Positions 20,752 to 31,109 of a DNA stretch of 64,000 nt are shown here, in pieces; within the stretch, counting starts at the first letter, position 1, and every line of letters starts with the position of its first letter. The translations under genes were made by a program, and so were the position numbers. This DNA comes from an uncultured Desulfosarcina sp. (lineage in GTDB: Bacteria; Desulfobacterota; Desulfobacteria; Desulfobacterales; Desulfosarcinaceae): positions 1,248,001 through 1,312,000 of the forward strand of contig CAXXWQ010000003.1 of assembly GCA_963674945.2 (NCBI GenBank). The letters are read 5' to 3'. The notes under the pieces were generated by a model that saw nothing but the letters and a program-made list of their open reading frames with translations, was not told the DNA's origin and did not search any database.

Positions 20752-21176
20752 TGTATGGCACCTCCCGTGGGACTCACCTGACCATCTTTTAAAAACTGTC
20801 TCATCTGACTGTCGGATATGACGATCTTTTCCATCTGGTCGATCATGGCGAAATCCATTTTCGGATTCTTTTGCTTGTATTCGCGCTCCACCTGCTCGTT
20901 GAACCCCTTACCAGCCAGTGCAATCTCATCCCCCGACGCCGTCTGCTGGACATTTGCCGTTCCTGCAGAAAGCTCGATCTTCTTGGTGGTCAATGCCGAA
21001 TCGTGGATCCAGCCCGATGAAGAACCGTCGCCGGGTTGTACTTTCGACCAGCCGTTTCGACTCTCGATCGACGCCACCCGGTCCCCATAGGCCACCTTGG
21101 CAACAATCTTTCCCATGAAGGAGGGGGTGGAACGAAGAACCCCCTCTTTGACCTGTACACTCTTTATTGTCGACAT
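20748..21176 (-). CDS. SH3b-domain protein
   Basis: LRSTPS..GKIV...YGD....GWSKV....GWIH SH3b pattern and an ALAGKGF tail; overlaps the M48 start. Confidence 0.75.
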   Translation of the reverse strand: MSTIKSVQVKEGVLRSTPSFMGKIVAKVAYGDRVASIESRNGWSKVQPGDGSSSGWIHDSALTTKKIELSAGTANVQQTASGDEIALAGKGFNEQVEREYKQKNPKMDFAMIDQMEKIVISDSQMRQFLKDGQVSPTGGAIQ

Positions 21177-21460
21177 GAAAGAACCTCATACAGAATTTTT
21201 GTAAAACCGAATCATACAGTACAATTATACCGAAATTGACCGGTACGCCGTTAGCTGTTAGCGATTGGCAGCATAATTTTATAGAATTACCAATAAATGC
21301 TCAACATGAAAGATCCAACCGCTTACTGTGGGCTATAGTATAAAATGTAAATCAGGTCAAAGCCGGTGGACCAACGATGCGGAAAAACGTCAATTTGGAT
21401 CGGTCTACGATTTCGATGATCCGAATCATCATTGGTGAACCCGCAAAAAGTCGGATTTCG

Positions 21461-21676
21461 GACGGCTTCGTAAAAAGTTCGAGATCAGGGCTTGCGGGCC
21501 GCGATAGCGAGCGTATGCGAGCGAAATATTAATTGACTTTTTTCCTTTCGGCGAACATTTATGTTCAATCCCGAGAATACCGCTATCGCGGCTGCCGAAG
21601 GCAGCGTATGGTTGGATACGTCGCAGTGACGAGGGATGAAGCGTAACGCCGATATCGGACTTTTTACGAAGCCGTC
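21461..21676. mobile_element. Family B element carrying an internal ~95-bp palindromic insert
   Basis: Same 18-bp TIRs (21461-21478 and 21659-21676). The insert is bounded by GCCGCGATAGCG / CGCTATCGCGGC. Confidence 0.8.
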
Positions 21677-21718
21677 GTTATTGATCCGGCGCACCGTATC
21701 TACTACCAGACATACCAA

Positions 21719-22627
21719 ATGAAGAACAATTCAATGAAAAAAGAGGTACATCCCGCAGCCGGTGCCGTGTGCGCGTTTTTTGCTTTTTTGATCTGGGGCC
21801 TGAGTCCCATCTATTGGCGGGCTCTTCACGGCGTTGGGGCGTTCGAAATCATCCTGCATCGGATTATCTGGTCTTTTTTCTTTTTGATCCCCCTGATTCT
21901 GGCAAAAAGGCAGTGGGCCGCGCTGTATCGGGTGTTTCGATCTCCAAAAATCTTGTCCGTTCTCTTTTCTACCGCCATCCTGGTGGCTTCGAACTGGTTG
22001 GTTTACATCTGGGCGGTCAATAATGAAAGGGTGCTCGAGGCCAGTCTCGGCTACTATATCAATCCGCTGGTCAATATCCTTCTCGGCAGGATCTTTCTTA
22101 ATGAAAGGCTCCGCCATACCCAGGCCCTTGCCGTTCTCCTGGCCGCGATGGGCGTGGTCCTTCTCACCATCGCCTATGGAACTTTCCCTTGGGTATCATT
22201 GGCCCTTGCATTCAGTTTCGGCATATATGGATTAATCCGAAAAGTGGCGGAGGTCGGCGCACTTGTGGGGTTGACCGTGGAGACGCTGCTATTGGCCATC
22301 CCGGCCGGAGTCTGGTTGCTTGTCTTGCACCACCGCAACGAAAGCGCATTTTTACACACCGGAATGGACACGGATCTGTTGCTTGTCGGCACCGGAATTT
22401 TGACGGCGACGCCATTGCTGCTTTTCGCCCTTGGCGCCAAACGTATCACCTTGACCAGTTTGGGCTTCATCCAATATACGGCACCTACCGGTATGTTTTT
22501 ATTGGGCATTACCATCTTCGGCGAATCCTTTACGCCAATCCATGGGGTGACCTTCGGTCTGATTTGGACGGCCCTTGCCATCTATTCCTGGGATATGTTT
22601 CAGAACCAGGTGAAACACACGCAGTAA
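21719..22627 (+). CDS. rarD: EamA family transporter RarD
   Basis: WGLSPIYW, HRIIWS, EASLGYYINPL, YGLIRK and GFIQY motifs. Confidence 0.93.
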   Translation: MKNNSMKKEVHPAAGAVCAFFAFLIWGLSPIYWRALHGVGAFEIILHRIIWSFFFLIPLILAKRQWAALYRVFRSPKILSVLFSTAILVASNWLVYIWAVNNERVLEASLGYYINPLVNILLGRIFLNERLRHTQALAVLLAAMGVVLLTIAYGTFPWVSLALAFSFGIYGLIRKVAEVGALVGLTVETLLLAIPAGVWLLVLHHRNESAFLHTGMDTDLLLVGTGILTATPLLLFALGAKRITLTSLGFIQYTAPTGMFLLGITIFGESFTPIHGVTFGLIWTALAIYSWDMFQNQVKHTQ

Positions 22628-22825
22628 TACAAACGGGTCAAGGATTGCCTTGATCGGCAAAAAACATGTTTTTTCTCCGGCTCACTCCATTCCGCGCAAA
22701 AACCGGGAAAATAATAAAGACAATCGATGATTTTTATAAGAATCCAAATGACTTGACAGGATCAAACACCTTATGATAGCTTTTTCTTTCAATTAAACGA
22801 CGCTGTAAAAAAACGGGGGAAAACG

Positions 22826-23410
22826 ATGAACGATCGCAAGGAATCCGATCTGAATCCGGAAGAGAAGATCGATTTGAATGAAGAAGAGGTTATTGATCTG
22901 ACCAACATCGTAGACGCCGAGGCGGATGAAACGATCATCGAACTCGAGGACGTAATTGAGCCGGCCACACCTGTCACCGACGAATCGGAAGACGAATCCC
23001 AAAACGATGTAATTCCCCTTTTGGATGTCGTTTCCGATGAAGCGGCAGAGGAGCCCGAGCAAGATCCTGGTGAAACCATAATCGACCTGATGGAAGTGGC
23101 CGACGACCTTGCGTCTCAGCCGGTCCCGTCGTTGGAAGAAGAGGTTTCTCCCGAACCGGCGACATCGCCCCCCCCTGCTGTCGAGACAGCAGAGACCTTT
23201 GATGCGACCGGTGAAGATGATACACGGACACCGGTGTCATCCGAGGCGATACCCCTGACGCAGCAGCAGTTGGAGGACGCCTTGACGCGGGTTATCGAAA
23301 AAACATACAAAGAAAAGATCGAAAAGTTGCTCATTCAAACCATCGAAAAGACCGTTTCACAGGAGATCGAAAGAATTAAAAACGCCCTTTTGTCTGACGA
23401 CGCGCCGTAA
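22826..23410 (+). CDS. Acidic, Pro-rich, disordered protein with C-terminal helices (PopZ/RomR-C-like)
   Basis: D/E/P-rich sequence, repeated xIDLxxV motifs, C-terminal IEKTVSQEIERIK; directly upstream of valS. Confidence 0.7.
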   Translation: MNDRKESDLNPEEKIDLNEEEVIDLTNIVDAEADETIIELEDVIEPATPVTDESEDESQNDVIPLLDVVSDEAAEEPEQDPGETIIDLMEVADDLASQPVPSLEEEVSPEPATSPPPAVETAETFDATGEDDTRTPVSSEAIPLTQQQLEDALTRVIEKTYKEKIEKLLIQTIEKTVSQEIERIKNALLSDDAP

Positions 23411-23602
23411 ACGACCGGGAATCGAAGAAACCGCGGTCCAACAACGGCACCGGGCGGAATCCCGCATAGGAACCAAAATACAAAACGAGTCGCAAACGGG
23501 GATTATTGTTAATCCCCTTTTCCATTTTTGCACCCGGTTCGTATCGAAGAAATCGCAAGAACACTTACGACCGGACCATCTTGCACAAGGAGCAACCCCC
23601 CC

Positions 23603-26254
23603 ATGAGTCGCAACATGCTGGACAAGAGCTATTCACCGGAAGCTGTCGAGAGAAAGTGGTATTCTTTCTGGGAAGCGAAAAAGCTGTTTGCCGCGGAAGA
23701 AAAGACCACAAAACCCTCTTTTTCCATCGTCATTCCACCGCCCAATGTCACCGGTGTACTTCACATGGGGCATGCCCTGAACAACACCATGCAGGATATC
23801 CTGTGCCGCTATCGACGGCTCAAGGGGGACAGCGTCCTGTGGATGCCCGGTACCGACCATGCCGGTATCGCTACCCAAAACGTAGTGGAGCGCAAACTTG
23901 CCGATGAAGGTACGGATCGTCACCAACTGGGAAGAGATCGATTCATCGAGGAAGTCTGGAAGTGGCGGGAAAACTCCGGCAGCGCCATTATCAACCAGCT
24001 CAAACGCCTTGGTGCCTCATGTGACTGGGACAGGGAACGATTCACCATGGACGATGGGCTAAGTCGCGCGGTACGAAAAGTGTTCGTCCAACTCTACGAT
24101 GAGGGTCTCATCTATCAGGGAGACTACATCATCAACTGGTGTTGTCGATGTCATACCGCCTTGTCCGACCTTGAAGTGGAACACGAGGAACGCGACGGCC
24201 ATTTTTACCATATCCGGTATCCTTTTGTCGACGGTTCCGGATCGGTCACAGTGGCCACCACCCGGCCGGAGACCATGCTGGGAGACACGGCTGTGGCCAT
24301 TCATCCCGACGATGAACGATATGCCGATCTGTCGGCTTCCGAAGTAATCCTGCCGTTGATGGAACGAAAAATCCCCATCATCGAAGATACGTATGTGGAC
24401 CTGTCAACGGGGACCGGTGCCCTGAAGGTAACACCGGCCCACGATCCCAACGACTTCGAGATCGGCAATCGTCACGACCTGCCGAGTGTCAAGGTGATCG
24501 CCGACGACGGAACCATGACGGAATCTGCGGGCCGATTCGCCGGCATGGATCGGTTTGCCTGTAGAAAGGCCGTAGTCGAAGCCCTGAAAAATCAGGGACT
24601 GTTGGAGCGCGTAGAGGACCACCGCCACAGCGTTGGACACTGCTACCGCTGCAAAACCGTTGTGGAACCGAACTTGTCCCGACAGTGGTTTGTCAGGACC
24701 AAGCCCCTTGCCCAAAAGGCAATTGAAGCGGTGGATACGGGCAAGACCCGCATCATCCCCGAATCCTGGACCAAGACCTATTACGAGTGGATGTACAACA
24801 TCCGTGACTGGTGCATCTCCCGCCAAATCTGGTGGGGCCATCAGATCCCTGCCTGGACCTGCCAGGGGTGCCGCAAGATGATCGTGGCCATGGATGCGCC
24901 CGACATCTGTCCCGACTGCGGTTCCACCGACCTGGTCCAGGAGACCGATGTTCTGGATACCTGGTTCAGTTCGGCCCTGTGGCCCTTTTCCACCATGGGA
25001 TGGCCGGATCGGGCCCAGTTGCTCAAGACCTATTATCCCACGTCGGTGCTGGTCACCGGCTTCGACATCCTCTTCTTCTGGGTGGCCCGGATGATGATGA
25101 TGGGAATCCATTTCATGGGAGAAGTTCCTTTCTCCGATGTTTACGTGCATGCCCTCGTGAGAGACGAAGAGGGAAAGAAGATGAGTAAATCCAAGGGAAA
25201 TGTCATCGACCCCTTGAACGTCATCGACTCCTATGGCACCGACGCATTCCGCTTCACCCTGGCTGCCTTTGCCGCCCAGGGACGCGACGTGAAGATGAGT
25301 GAAAAACGGGTGGAAGGATACCGTCATTTCATCAACAAGCTGTGGAATGCCGCCCGATTCGCCCTCATGCACCTGGATGAAGGATTCGATGCCATTGACA
25401 CGAACCACATCTGCTTGCAGGACAGGTGGATCCTTTCCCGCCTCAACCGGGTGGCGCGGAACACCGAAACGGCCCTTGACGACTATAAATTCAACGAGGC
25501 TGCCAGCGCCGTCTATCAATTCGTATGGCATGAACTGTGTGACTGGTACCTGGAAACCATCAAACCCACTTTGTACGACGAGGCGAAAGGCCCGGAGAAG
25601 AACGCCACCTTGTCGGTACTGTGGCACGTCTTCAAGGACGCCCTGATCCTTTTGCACCCCTTTGCCCCCTTCGTCACCGAAGAAATCTGGCACAGCCTGC
25701 CCGGCACCGAAGGATCCATCATGAAGGCCACCTGGCCCGAACAGACCCTGCCCGGCGATGACCAGGAGGCCGAAGAGCAGATGAAAACGGTGATGGCTGT
25801 GATTACCGGCGTTCGCAACGTTCGCGGGGAGATGAATATCCCGCCGACCACGGCCCTCAACGCAATCGTCAGCCCCGAAGATCCAAGGATCGGCACGATT
25901 GTTACGGAAAACCATGAACTGATCGAGAAGCTGGCCCGTTTGAACGGCCTCGTTATCGATGCCTCAGTGGTCCAGCCCAAGGCTGCGGCTACGGTCCTCA
26001 TCGACGGCGCCACCGTGTTTGTGCTTCTCGAAGGCATCATCGATTTCACCCAGGAGCAGGCGCGTCTCACAAAGGAAATCGGCAAATTGACCAAGGAGAT
26101 TGCCAGCCTGAACAAGAAACTGGGCAATAAGAATTTCCTGGCCAAGGCGCCGGCCGAAGTGGTGGCGGGTGTTCGTGAAAAACACGCCGCTCTTTTGGAA
26201 AAACAGCAGGCACTGGAGGAGACGCTGGCCAGAATCGAAGCCATGCTCGAATAA
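23603..26254 (+). CDS. valS: Valine--tRNA ligase
   Basis: [29 protein letters not shown] and C-terminal coiled coil; AGGAG RBS before ATG 23603. Confidence 0.98.
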   Translation: MSRNMLDKSYSPEAVERKWYSFWEAKKLFAAEEKTTKPSFSIVIPPPNVTGVLHMGHALNNTMQDILCRYRRLKGDSVLWMPGTDHAGIATQNVVERKLADEGTDRHQLGRDRFIEEVWKWRENSGSAIINQLKRLGASCDWDRERFTMDDGLSRAVRKVFVQLYDEGLIYQGDYIINWCCRCHTALSDLEVEHEERDGHFYHIRYPFVDGSGSVTVATTRPETMLGDTAVAIHPDDERYADLSASEVILPLMERKIPIIEDTYVDLSTGTGALKVTPAHDPNDFEIGNRHDLPSVKVIADDGTMTESAGRFAGMDRFACRKAVVEALKNQGLLERVEDHRHSVGHCYRCKTVVEPNLSRQWFVRTKPLAQKAIEAVDTGKTRIIPESWTKTYYEWMYNIRDWCISRQIWWGHQIPAWTCQGCRKMIVAMDAPDICPDCGSTDLVQETDVLDTWFSSALWPFSTMGWPDRAQLLKTYYPTSVLVTGFDILFFWVARMMMMGIHFMGEVPFSDVYVHALVRDEEGKKMSKSKGNVIDPLNVIDSYGTDAFRFTLAAFAAQGRDVKMSEKRVEGYRHFINKLWNAARFALMHLDEGFDAIDTNHICLQDRWILSRLNRVARNTETALDDYKFNEAASAVYQFVWHELCDWYLETIKPTLYDEAKGPEKNATLSVLWHVFKDALILLHPFAPFVTEEIWHSLPGTEGSIMKATWPEQTLPGDDQEAEEQMKTVMAVITGVRNVRGEMNIPPTTALNAIVSPEDPRIGTIVTENHELIEKLARLNGLVIDASVVQPKAAATVLIDGATVFVLLEGIIDFTQEQARLTKEIGKLTKEIASLNKKLGNKNFLAKAPAEVVAGVREKHAALLEKQQALEETLARIEAMLE

Positions 26255-26380
26255 ATCACCGACCATTCGCATAGCGGGCGGTTTGATGAGGCCCCCTCAA
26301 ATTGGGATAAAATCCAGACCAATAAGCGTCGAACATCGAACGCCCAACTTGGAACTTCGAATAAGGTATTCTATCGTTTT
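26252..26380 (+). repeat. Family A element, left half
   Basis: AAATCACCGACC...GGTTTGATGAGGCCCCCTC...TCGAACATCGAACGCCCAAC...GAATAAGGTATTCT, similar to 6237-6360. Confidence 0.8.
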
Positions 26381-26431
26381 TTATTTAATTAACTGCAATC
26401 ATTTGTACCTTTTACCTTTGGACACAAAAAA

Positions 26432-27262
26432 ATGCACACCACAGAAGAACTCATCGCACTGGCCCTGAAAGAAGATATCGGCCCCGGTGATATCACCACG
26501 GACAATATCGTGAATCCTACGTCTCCCGGAACGGGTGTCATCACGGCAAAAGAGGAACTGGTGCTCGCCGGCATAAACGTAGCCGCGAAGGTCTTCGCCG
26601 CATTAGAACCGGAAATGACCGTTGACCCCAATTATGAAGACGGCGATCACGTGCCAGCCGGCAGCGTGGTGGTCAATATCACCGGCACACTGGCCAATCT
26701 TCTCAAGAGTGAGCGTACCGCCTTGAATTTTCTCCAGCGATTGTCAGGTATCGCCACCCAAACCAGGGCCTACGTTACCGCGGTGGCCGGCACATCGGTC
26801 AAACTGGTGGACACCCGAAAGACCATCCCTGGCTGGCGGACCCTCGAGAAATATGCAGTACGCATGGGCGGTGCCCATAACCATCGCATGGGGCTGTACG
26901 ACGGCGTATTGATCAAGGACAATCACATTGCCGCGGCAGGCGGAATCACCGAGGCGGTGGAACGGGTTCGCCGAACCATCTCTCATCTGGTCAAGGTGGA
27001 GGTGGAGACCACCACACTTGAAGAAGTAAAGGAAGCACTTGCCGCCGGTGCAGACACGATCATGCTGGACAATATGGACACGATCCAGATTCGCAAGGCA
27101 GTCGCACTGATCGACCATCGTGCACTCGTGGAGATCTCCGGCGGCGTTACCAAAAGCCGCCTTGCAGAACTGGCCCGAACCGGTGTCGATATCATCTCCA
27201 TCGGTGCCCTTACCCATTCGGCCGTAGCCGTGGACCTTTCCATGAGAATCGAAGCGACATGA
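26432..27262 (+). CDS. nadC: Nicotinate-nucleotide diphosphorylase (carboxylating)
   Basis: EDIGPGDITT, ERTALNFLQRLSGIAT, DTRKT, HRMGL, LIKDNH and MLDN motifs. Confidence 0.97.
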   Translation: MHTTEELIALALKEDIGPGDITTDNIVNPTSPGTGVITAKEELVLAGINVAAKVFAALEPEMTVDPNYEDGDHVPAGSVVVNITGTLANLLKSERTALNFLQRLSGIATQTRAYVTAVAGTSVKLVDTRKTIPGWRTLEKYAVRMGGAHNHRMGLYDGVLIKDNHIAAAGGITEAVERVRRTISHLVKVEVETTTLEEVKEALAAGADTIMLDNMDTIQIRKAVALIDHRALVEISGGVTKSRLAELARTGVDIISIGALTHSAVAVDLSMRIEAT

Positions 27263-28236
27263 TTTTTCCGATTCGGGACATCACACCGTCCAAGACCTTC
27301 CCCGTGGTCAACAACAGCCTCATCGGCATCAATGTGGTTTTATTTTTGATACAGCTTTCCCAAGGACCGGGACAGGACCATTTTATCTACCTCTACGGCC
27401 TTGTTCCGGCCAAATTCACGATCCCCCAGGTATCGGCCTATTTCTCTACATGGCAGCAGATCCTCTGTCTCTTCACATTCATGTTCCTCCACGGCGGTTT
27501 CATGCACCTGATCGGCAACATGTGGTTCTTGTATATCTTCGGTGACAACGTGGAAGACCGGTTGGGATCGTTGCGATACCTCTTGTTTTATCTATTGTGC
27601 GGCATGGCGTCGGGCCTTGTCCACCTTCTCTTCAATGCCCACTCCAACGTGCCCACCATCGGGGCCAGTGGCGCCATCGCCGGAGTGATGGGCGCCTATT
27701 TTATCCTATATCCCGGATCACGCATTCTCACCATGATCCTCATCATCTTCATCCCCTGGTTTGTGGAGATCCCCGCCTTCTTCTTGATCGGAATCTGGTT
27801 CGTTTTTCAGTTCCTGAACGCAGCGGGAAGCGCGGGACAGGCAGGGGGGGTCGCATGGTGGGCCCACATCGGCGGATTCGTTTTCGGCGTGCTATTCCTC
27901 AAACTCTTCGACCGCCTCCCCTCTTTCGGCGTCTCCGACCGTCTGCGTCAGACCACCGAAAAAAAACGATCCCACCGCTTCCAGGTCGTCAAGACGGGCC
28001 GCGGCGAAACGGAAGGGGATCTTTTCGGTACCCTCACCATCACCCAGTACGAGGCCCTGGTGGGTGCCAAAAAACTGGTTACCGTTCCATGGGGATTACA
28101 AAAACGCCTGTACAACGTGATCATCCCCCAAGGCATCACCGACGGCCAGGTTCTGCGGTTAAGGGGAATCGGCAAGCCCAGGGCCGATGGCAACCGCGGC
28201 GACATGATGCTCAAGATTAAAATCCAGCACGTATGA
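27259..28236 (+). CDS. Rhomboid intramembrane serine protease with C-terminal DnaJ_C-like domain
   Basis: FLHGGFMHLIGNM, GASGA and WWAHIGG; tail ITQYEALVG...IPQGITDGQVLRLRGIG...GDMM. Confidence 0.9.
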   Translation: MIFPIRDITPSKTFPVVNNSLIGINVVLFLIQLSQGPGQDHFIYLYGLVPAKFTIPQVSAYFSTWQQILCLFTFMFLHGGFMHLIGNMWFLYIFGDNVEDRLGSLRYLLFYLLCGMASGLVHLLFNAHSNVPTIGASGAIAGVMGAYFILYPGSRILTMILIIFIPWFVEIPAFFLIGIWFVFQFLNAAGSAGQAGGVAWWAHIGGFVFGVLFLKLFDRLPSFGVSDRLRQTTEKKRSHRFQVVKTGRGETEGDLFGTLTITQYEALVGAKKLVTVPWGLQKRLYNVIIPQGITDGQVLRLRGIGKPRADGNRGDMMLKIKIQHV

Positions 28237-28259
28237 CAAAGGGGCTTGGAACCGGATTA

Positions 28260-28319
28260 ATGAACGTCGAACATCGAACTTCCAACATCGAACGTTGAAT
28301 AAGGAATTCGTTCATTTTT
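28260..28319 (+). repeat. Family A element, heptamer arm only
   Basis: TGAACGTCGAACATCGAACTTCCAACATCGAACGTTGAATAAGGAATTC. Confidence 0.75.
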
Positions 28320-28457
28320 CCAATTAAAAAGGACTTTTTGACTAAAAGCGTTTCCCTCGTTTCCTTCTACCTGCAAAAAATAATATCGAGTTTCTTGCAT
28401 GGGATTGTTTGGCCATATTTGGCCTGGAAAAGCTTTTTGCGAAGCCGTTAACTTGTG

Positions 28458-30908
28458 TCACTGCGCCAGTGCTTCCTTTACCTTGGCCGCCAACCCCTCA
28501 ACGGAAAATGGTTTCTGAATAAATTGCACCCCTTCATCCAAAACGCCCTGATGGGCAATCACGTCATCGGTATAGCCTGACATATACAGCACCCGAATGT
28601 TCGGATATTTTTCGGCAACCTTCATATACAGGTCCCGTCCATTCGTATCGGGCATGACCACGTCGGTCAGCAGAAGGTCGACGGGTCCGTCGTGAGCGGC
28701 CAGGACCTGTAAGGCCGACGAACCGTTCTCCGCGAGAAGAAGTTTGTACCCCAGTCTCTCCAATACCGCTTTCGTCAGCTTGCGCACCTGTTCGTTGTCC
28801 TCCACGATCAGGATGATCTCGGAACCGGTCAACCGCTCCGGGGTGGATTTCGAGTGCTCGGCCCCGACGAAATCTGCATCGGAGACGGGCAAGTAGACGT
28901 CGAATGTGGTTCCTTTCCCCGGCTCGCTGCGGACCATGATATTCCCGCCATGCTGTTTGACGATACCGTAGACGGTGGACAGGCCCAACCCCGTTCCGTG
29001 ATCGCCCTTGGTGGAGTAAAAGGGCTCGAAAATATGCGCCCGGGTCTCATCATCCATGCCGTTTCCGGTATCACGAACCGTCAGCATGATGTATCGTCCG
29101 GCTTTCGTTCCAGGAGACCTCATGGCATCGACGGCATCGATGGTCGCCATGGCGGTTTCAAGAATCAGCGTCCCACCATCGGGCATGGCATCCTGGGCGT
29201 TCACACACAGATTCATGATCACCTGCTCGATCTGCCCCACATCCGCCATGGCGGTTTCCAGGTTGCGGGCTGGAAAAATCTGGATATCGATATCCTCCCG
29301 GATCGTACTCCGAAGAAGCTTCTCAAACCTTTTGATGGTATCGTTCAAATTCAGTGGTTTGTATTCGAGTGTCTGCTTTCGGCTGAAGGCAAGCAACTGG
29401 CGAACCAGGTCCCGTGCCCGGAATCCGGCCTGCACGATCGCCTCGATGGACTCTCCCCTGCTGTCACCCGGGCCGAAATGGTCCATCAGGATTTGACCAT
29501 AACCGATGATGGGGGTAAGCAGGTTGTTCAGATCATGGGCAACGCCGCCGGCCAGCCTGCCGATGGCTTCCACTTTCTGGGATTGGTGGTATTGTTCTTC
29601 CAGCTGCGCCTTTTCCGATTCGAAACGTTTTCGTTCCGTGACATCAATAATGATACCTCTCAGCCCTGAAAAGACACCATCCTTGAAAATGGAATTGGCA
29701 TGAAGGATGATGGGTATCTTCGCCCCGTCCTTTCTTATGGCCTGGTATTCCTGGCCCCCAGGGGCCTCTCCCTTCATCTGTCTGGCGATATTTGCTTTGG
29801 CTCGTTCATGATCTTCGGGTGCGATCAGAGACAGCCCGTTGATCCCCCGGTTCAGGTCATCCACACAATAGTGGAAAAGGTCGAAGGCACACTGGTTGGC
29901 AAATGTCAGGTCGATCTTTTCATCCGTCTCGAAAACCGCCACGGGCAACATGCCCACCAGGCCCCGGAATCGTTCTTCGCTGTTTTTCAGTGCCTCTTCG
30001 GCCAATTTCCGTTGGGTCAGGTCGTGAGCACTGGCGACGACACCGCTGATTTCCCCCGTTTCATCCCGATACGGGCGATAGACCACATCCATGAACCTGC
30101 GCCCGATCCCGGCAAAGCGAAACCATGATTGAAATTGAACCGTTTCTCCCGTAAGGGCCCGATCCAGGTACCCTTTGATCAGATTCTCGAAAATCTCTTT
30201 ACCGGCGAGCGCAACCATGGGAATCCCGACGATTGTTTCCCTCCCCCTGGCATGGGCCTTTTCATATGAAGTATTCACGGCCCGATAAACATAATCCTTA
30301 TCCACGAAGGACATCAGATCATCGCTCGATGAAATGATGTGCTCGTACCGAAGCAGGGTCTCTCTGCTTTTTTTCAACGACTCTTCCGCCCGTTTTCGAG
30401 CGGTAATGTCCTGAAATGTTTCGATGGCGCCTGCAACTCTTCCCGAAGCGTCCGGCAGAGGGGTCGCCGTGAAAAACAGCCATTTGCCGTCTTTTCCCAG
30501 ATTCGGGAAAAAACCCTGTGCTTCGTATGCGCCGTCCACCAATTCCGATTTCGAATAATCATCTCCATAGTATTGGGAAACGATATCAGCCGAAACCCCA
30601 TCGACGATGAGATCGGCAAGAACGGGTCGCTGCTTGGGATAAAAGGCCTTCCAGGCCTTTTGTTTCCCGATCATTTCGGTGGAAGCAATGCCCGTGAGCT
30701 TTTCACAGGCCCTGTTCCAATGGGTGACCACATGGTTGCGGTCGATCACAAATGTGGGGATCGCCGTTGCAAAAATGACATGGGAAAACTCCTTGTCCGC
30801 CTTCGGGCCTTGCTTTTCGACATCCATTCGTGCGGCAAGAGCCTGCTCCAGTTCCCGGACACGTTTTTCCAGATCTTCACAGGATGGTTGATTGACCATA
30901 TCGAACAT
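28458..30908 (-). CDS. Cytoplasmic 3xPAS hybrid histidine kinase with receiver domain
   Basis: Three PAS/PAC units ending DIT, DLT and DVT; GGVAHDLNN, NAQDAM, DTGNGM, FEPFYSTK, GTGLGL; REC LLTDVVMP. Confidence 0.95.
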   Translation of the reverse strand: MFDMVNQPSCEDLEKRVRELEQALAARMDVEKQGPKADKEFSHVIFATAIPTFVIDRNHVVTHWNRACEKLTGIASTEMIGKQKAWKAFYPKQRPVLADLIVDGVSADIVSQYYGDDYSKSELVDGAYEAQGFFPNLGKDGKWLFFTATPLPDASGRVAGAIETFQDITARKRAEESLKKSRETLLRYEHIISSSDDLMSFVDKDYVYRAVNTSYEKAHARGRETIVGIPMVALAGKEIFENLIKGYLDRALTGETVQFQSWFRFAGIGRRFMDVVYRPYRDETGEISGVVASAHDLTQRKLAEEALKNSEERFRGLVGMLPVAVFETDEKIDLTFANQCAFDLFHYCVDDLNRGINGLSLIAPEDHERAKANIARQMKGEAPGGQEYQAIRKDGAKIPIILHANSIFKDGVFSGLRGIIIDVTERKRFESEKAQLEEQYHQSQKVEAIGRLAGGVAHDLNNLLTPIIGYGQILMDHFGPGDSRGESIEAIVQAGFRARDLVRQLLAFSRKQTLEYKPLNLNDTIKRFEKLLRSTIREDIDIQIFPARNLETAMADVGQIEQVIMNLCVNAQDAMPDGGTLILETAMATIDAVDAMRSPGTKAGRYIMLTVRDTGNGMDDETRAHIFEPFYSTKGDHGTGLGLSTVYGIVKQHGGNIMVRSEPGKGTTFDVYLPVSDADFVGAEHSKSTPERLTGSEIILIVEDNEQVRKLTKAVLERLGYKLLLAENGSSALQVLAAHDGPVDLLLTDVVMPDTNGRDLYMKVAEKYPNIRVLYMSGYTDDVIAHQGVLDEGVQFIQKPFSVEGLAAKVKEALAQ

Positions 30909-31109
30909 CCTTTATTGGCGTGACGGAGACGGATATGGTGAAAGTGTCACCGGGGAAGGTGGGAAATCCGTGTTTGGCGAAAAAATTTACGATGAATAGA
31001 GTGGCGTGCGCATTTCGGTGACAACAAAGATTCGGATCGATGGCCGGTTACGAAAAACCGGCCATATTGAAACATTCAACCATCCTGTCTGGGGGATGGG
31101 TGAGGGTTT

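Noticed and set aside
23411..23602. Possible T-box leader before valS
   Set aside because: No GGTGGNACC T-box motif or terminator/antiterminator is visible.
31041..31064. 9-bp stem hairpin (also the inverted repeat at 2332-2350) as intrinsic terminators
   Set aside because: No U-tract follows either one in the relevant direction, so the function is unsupported.
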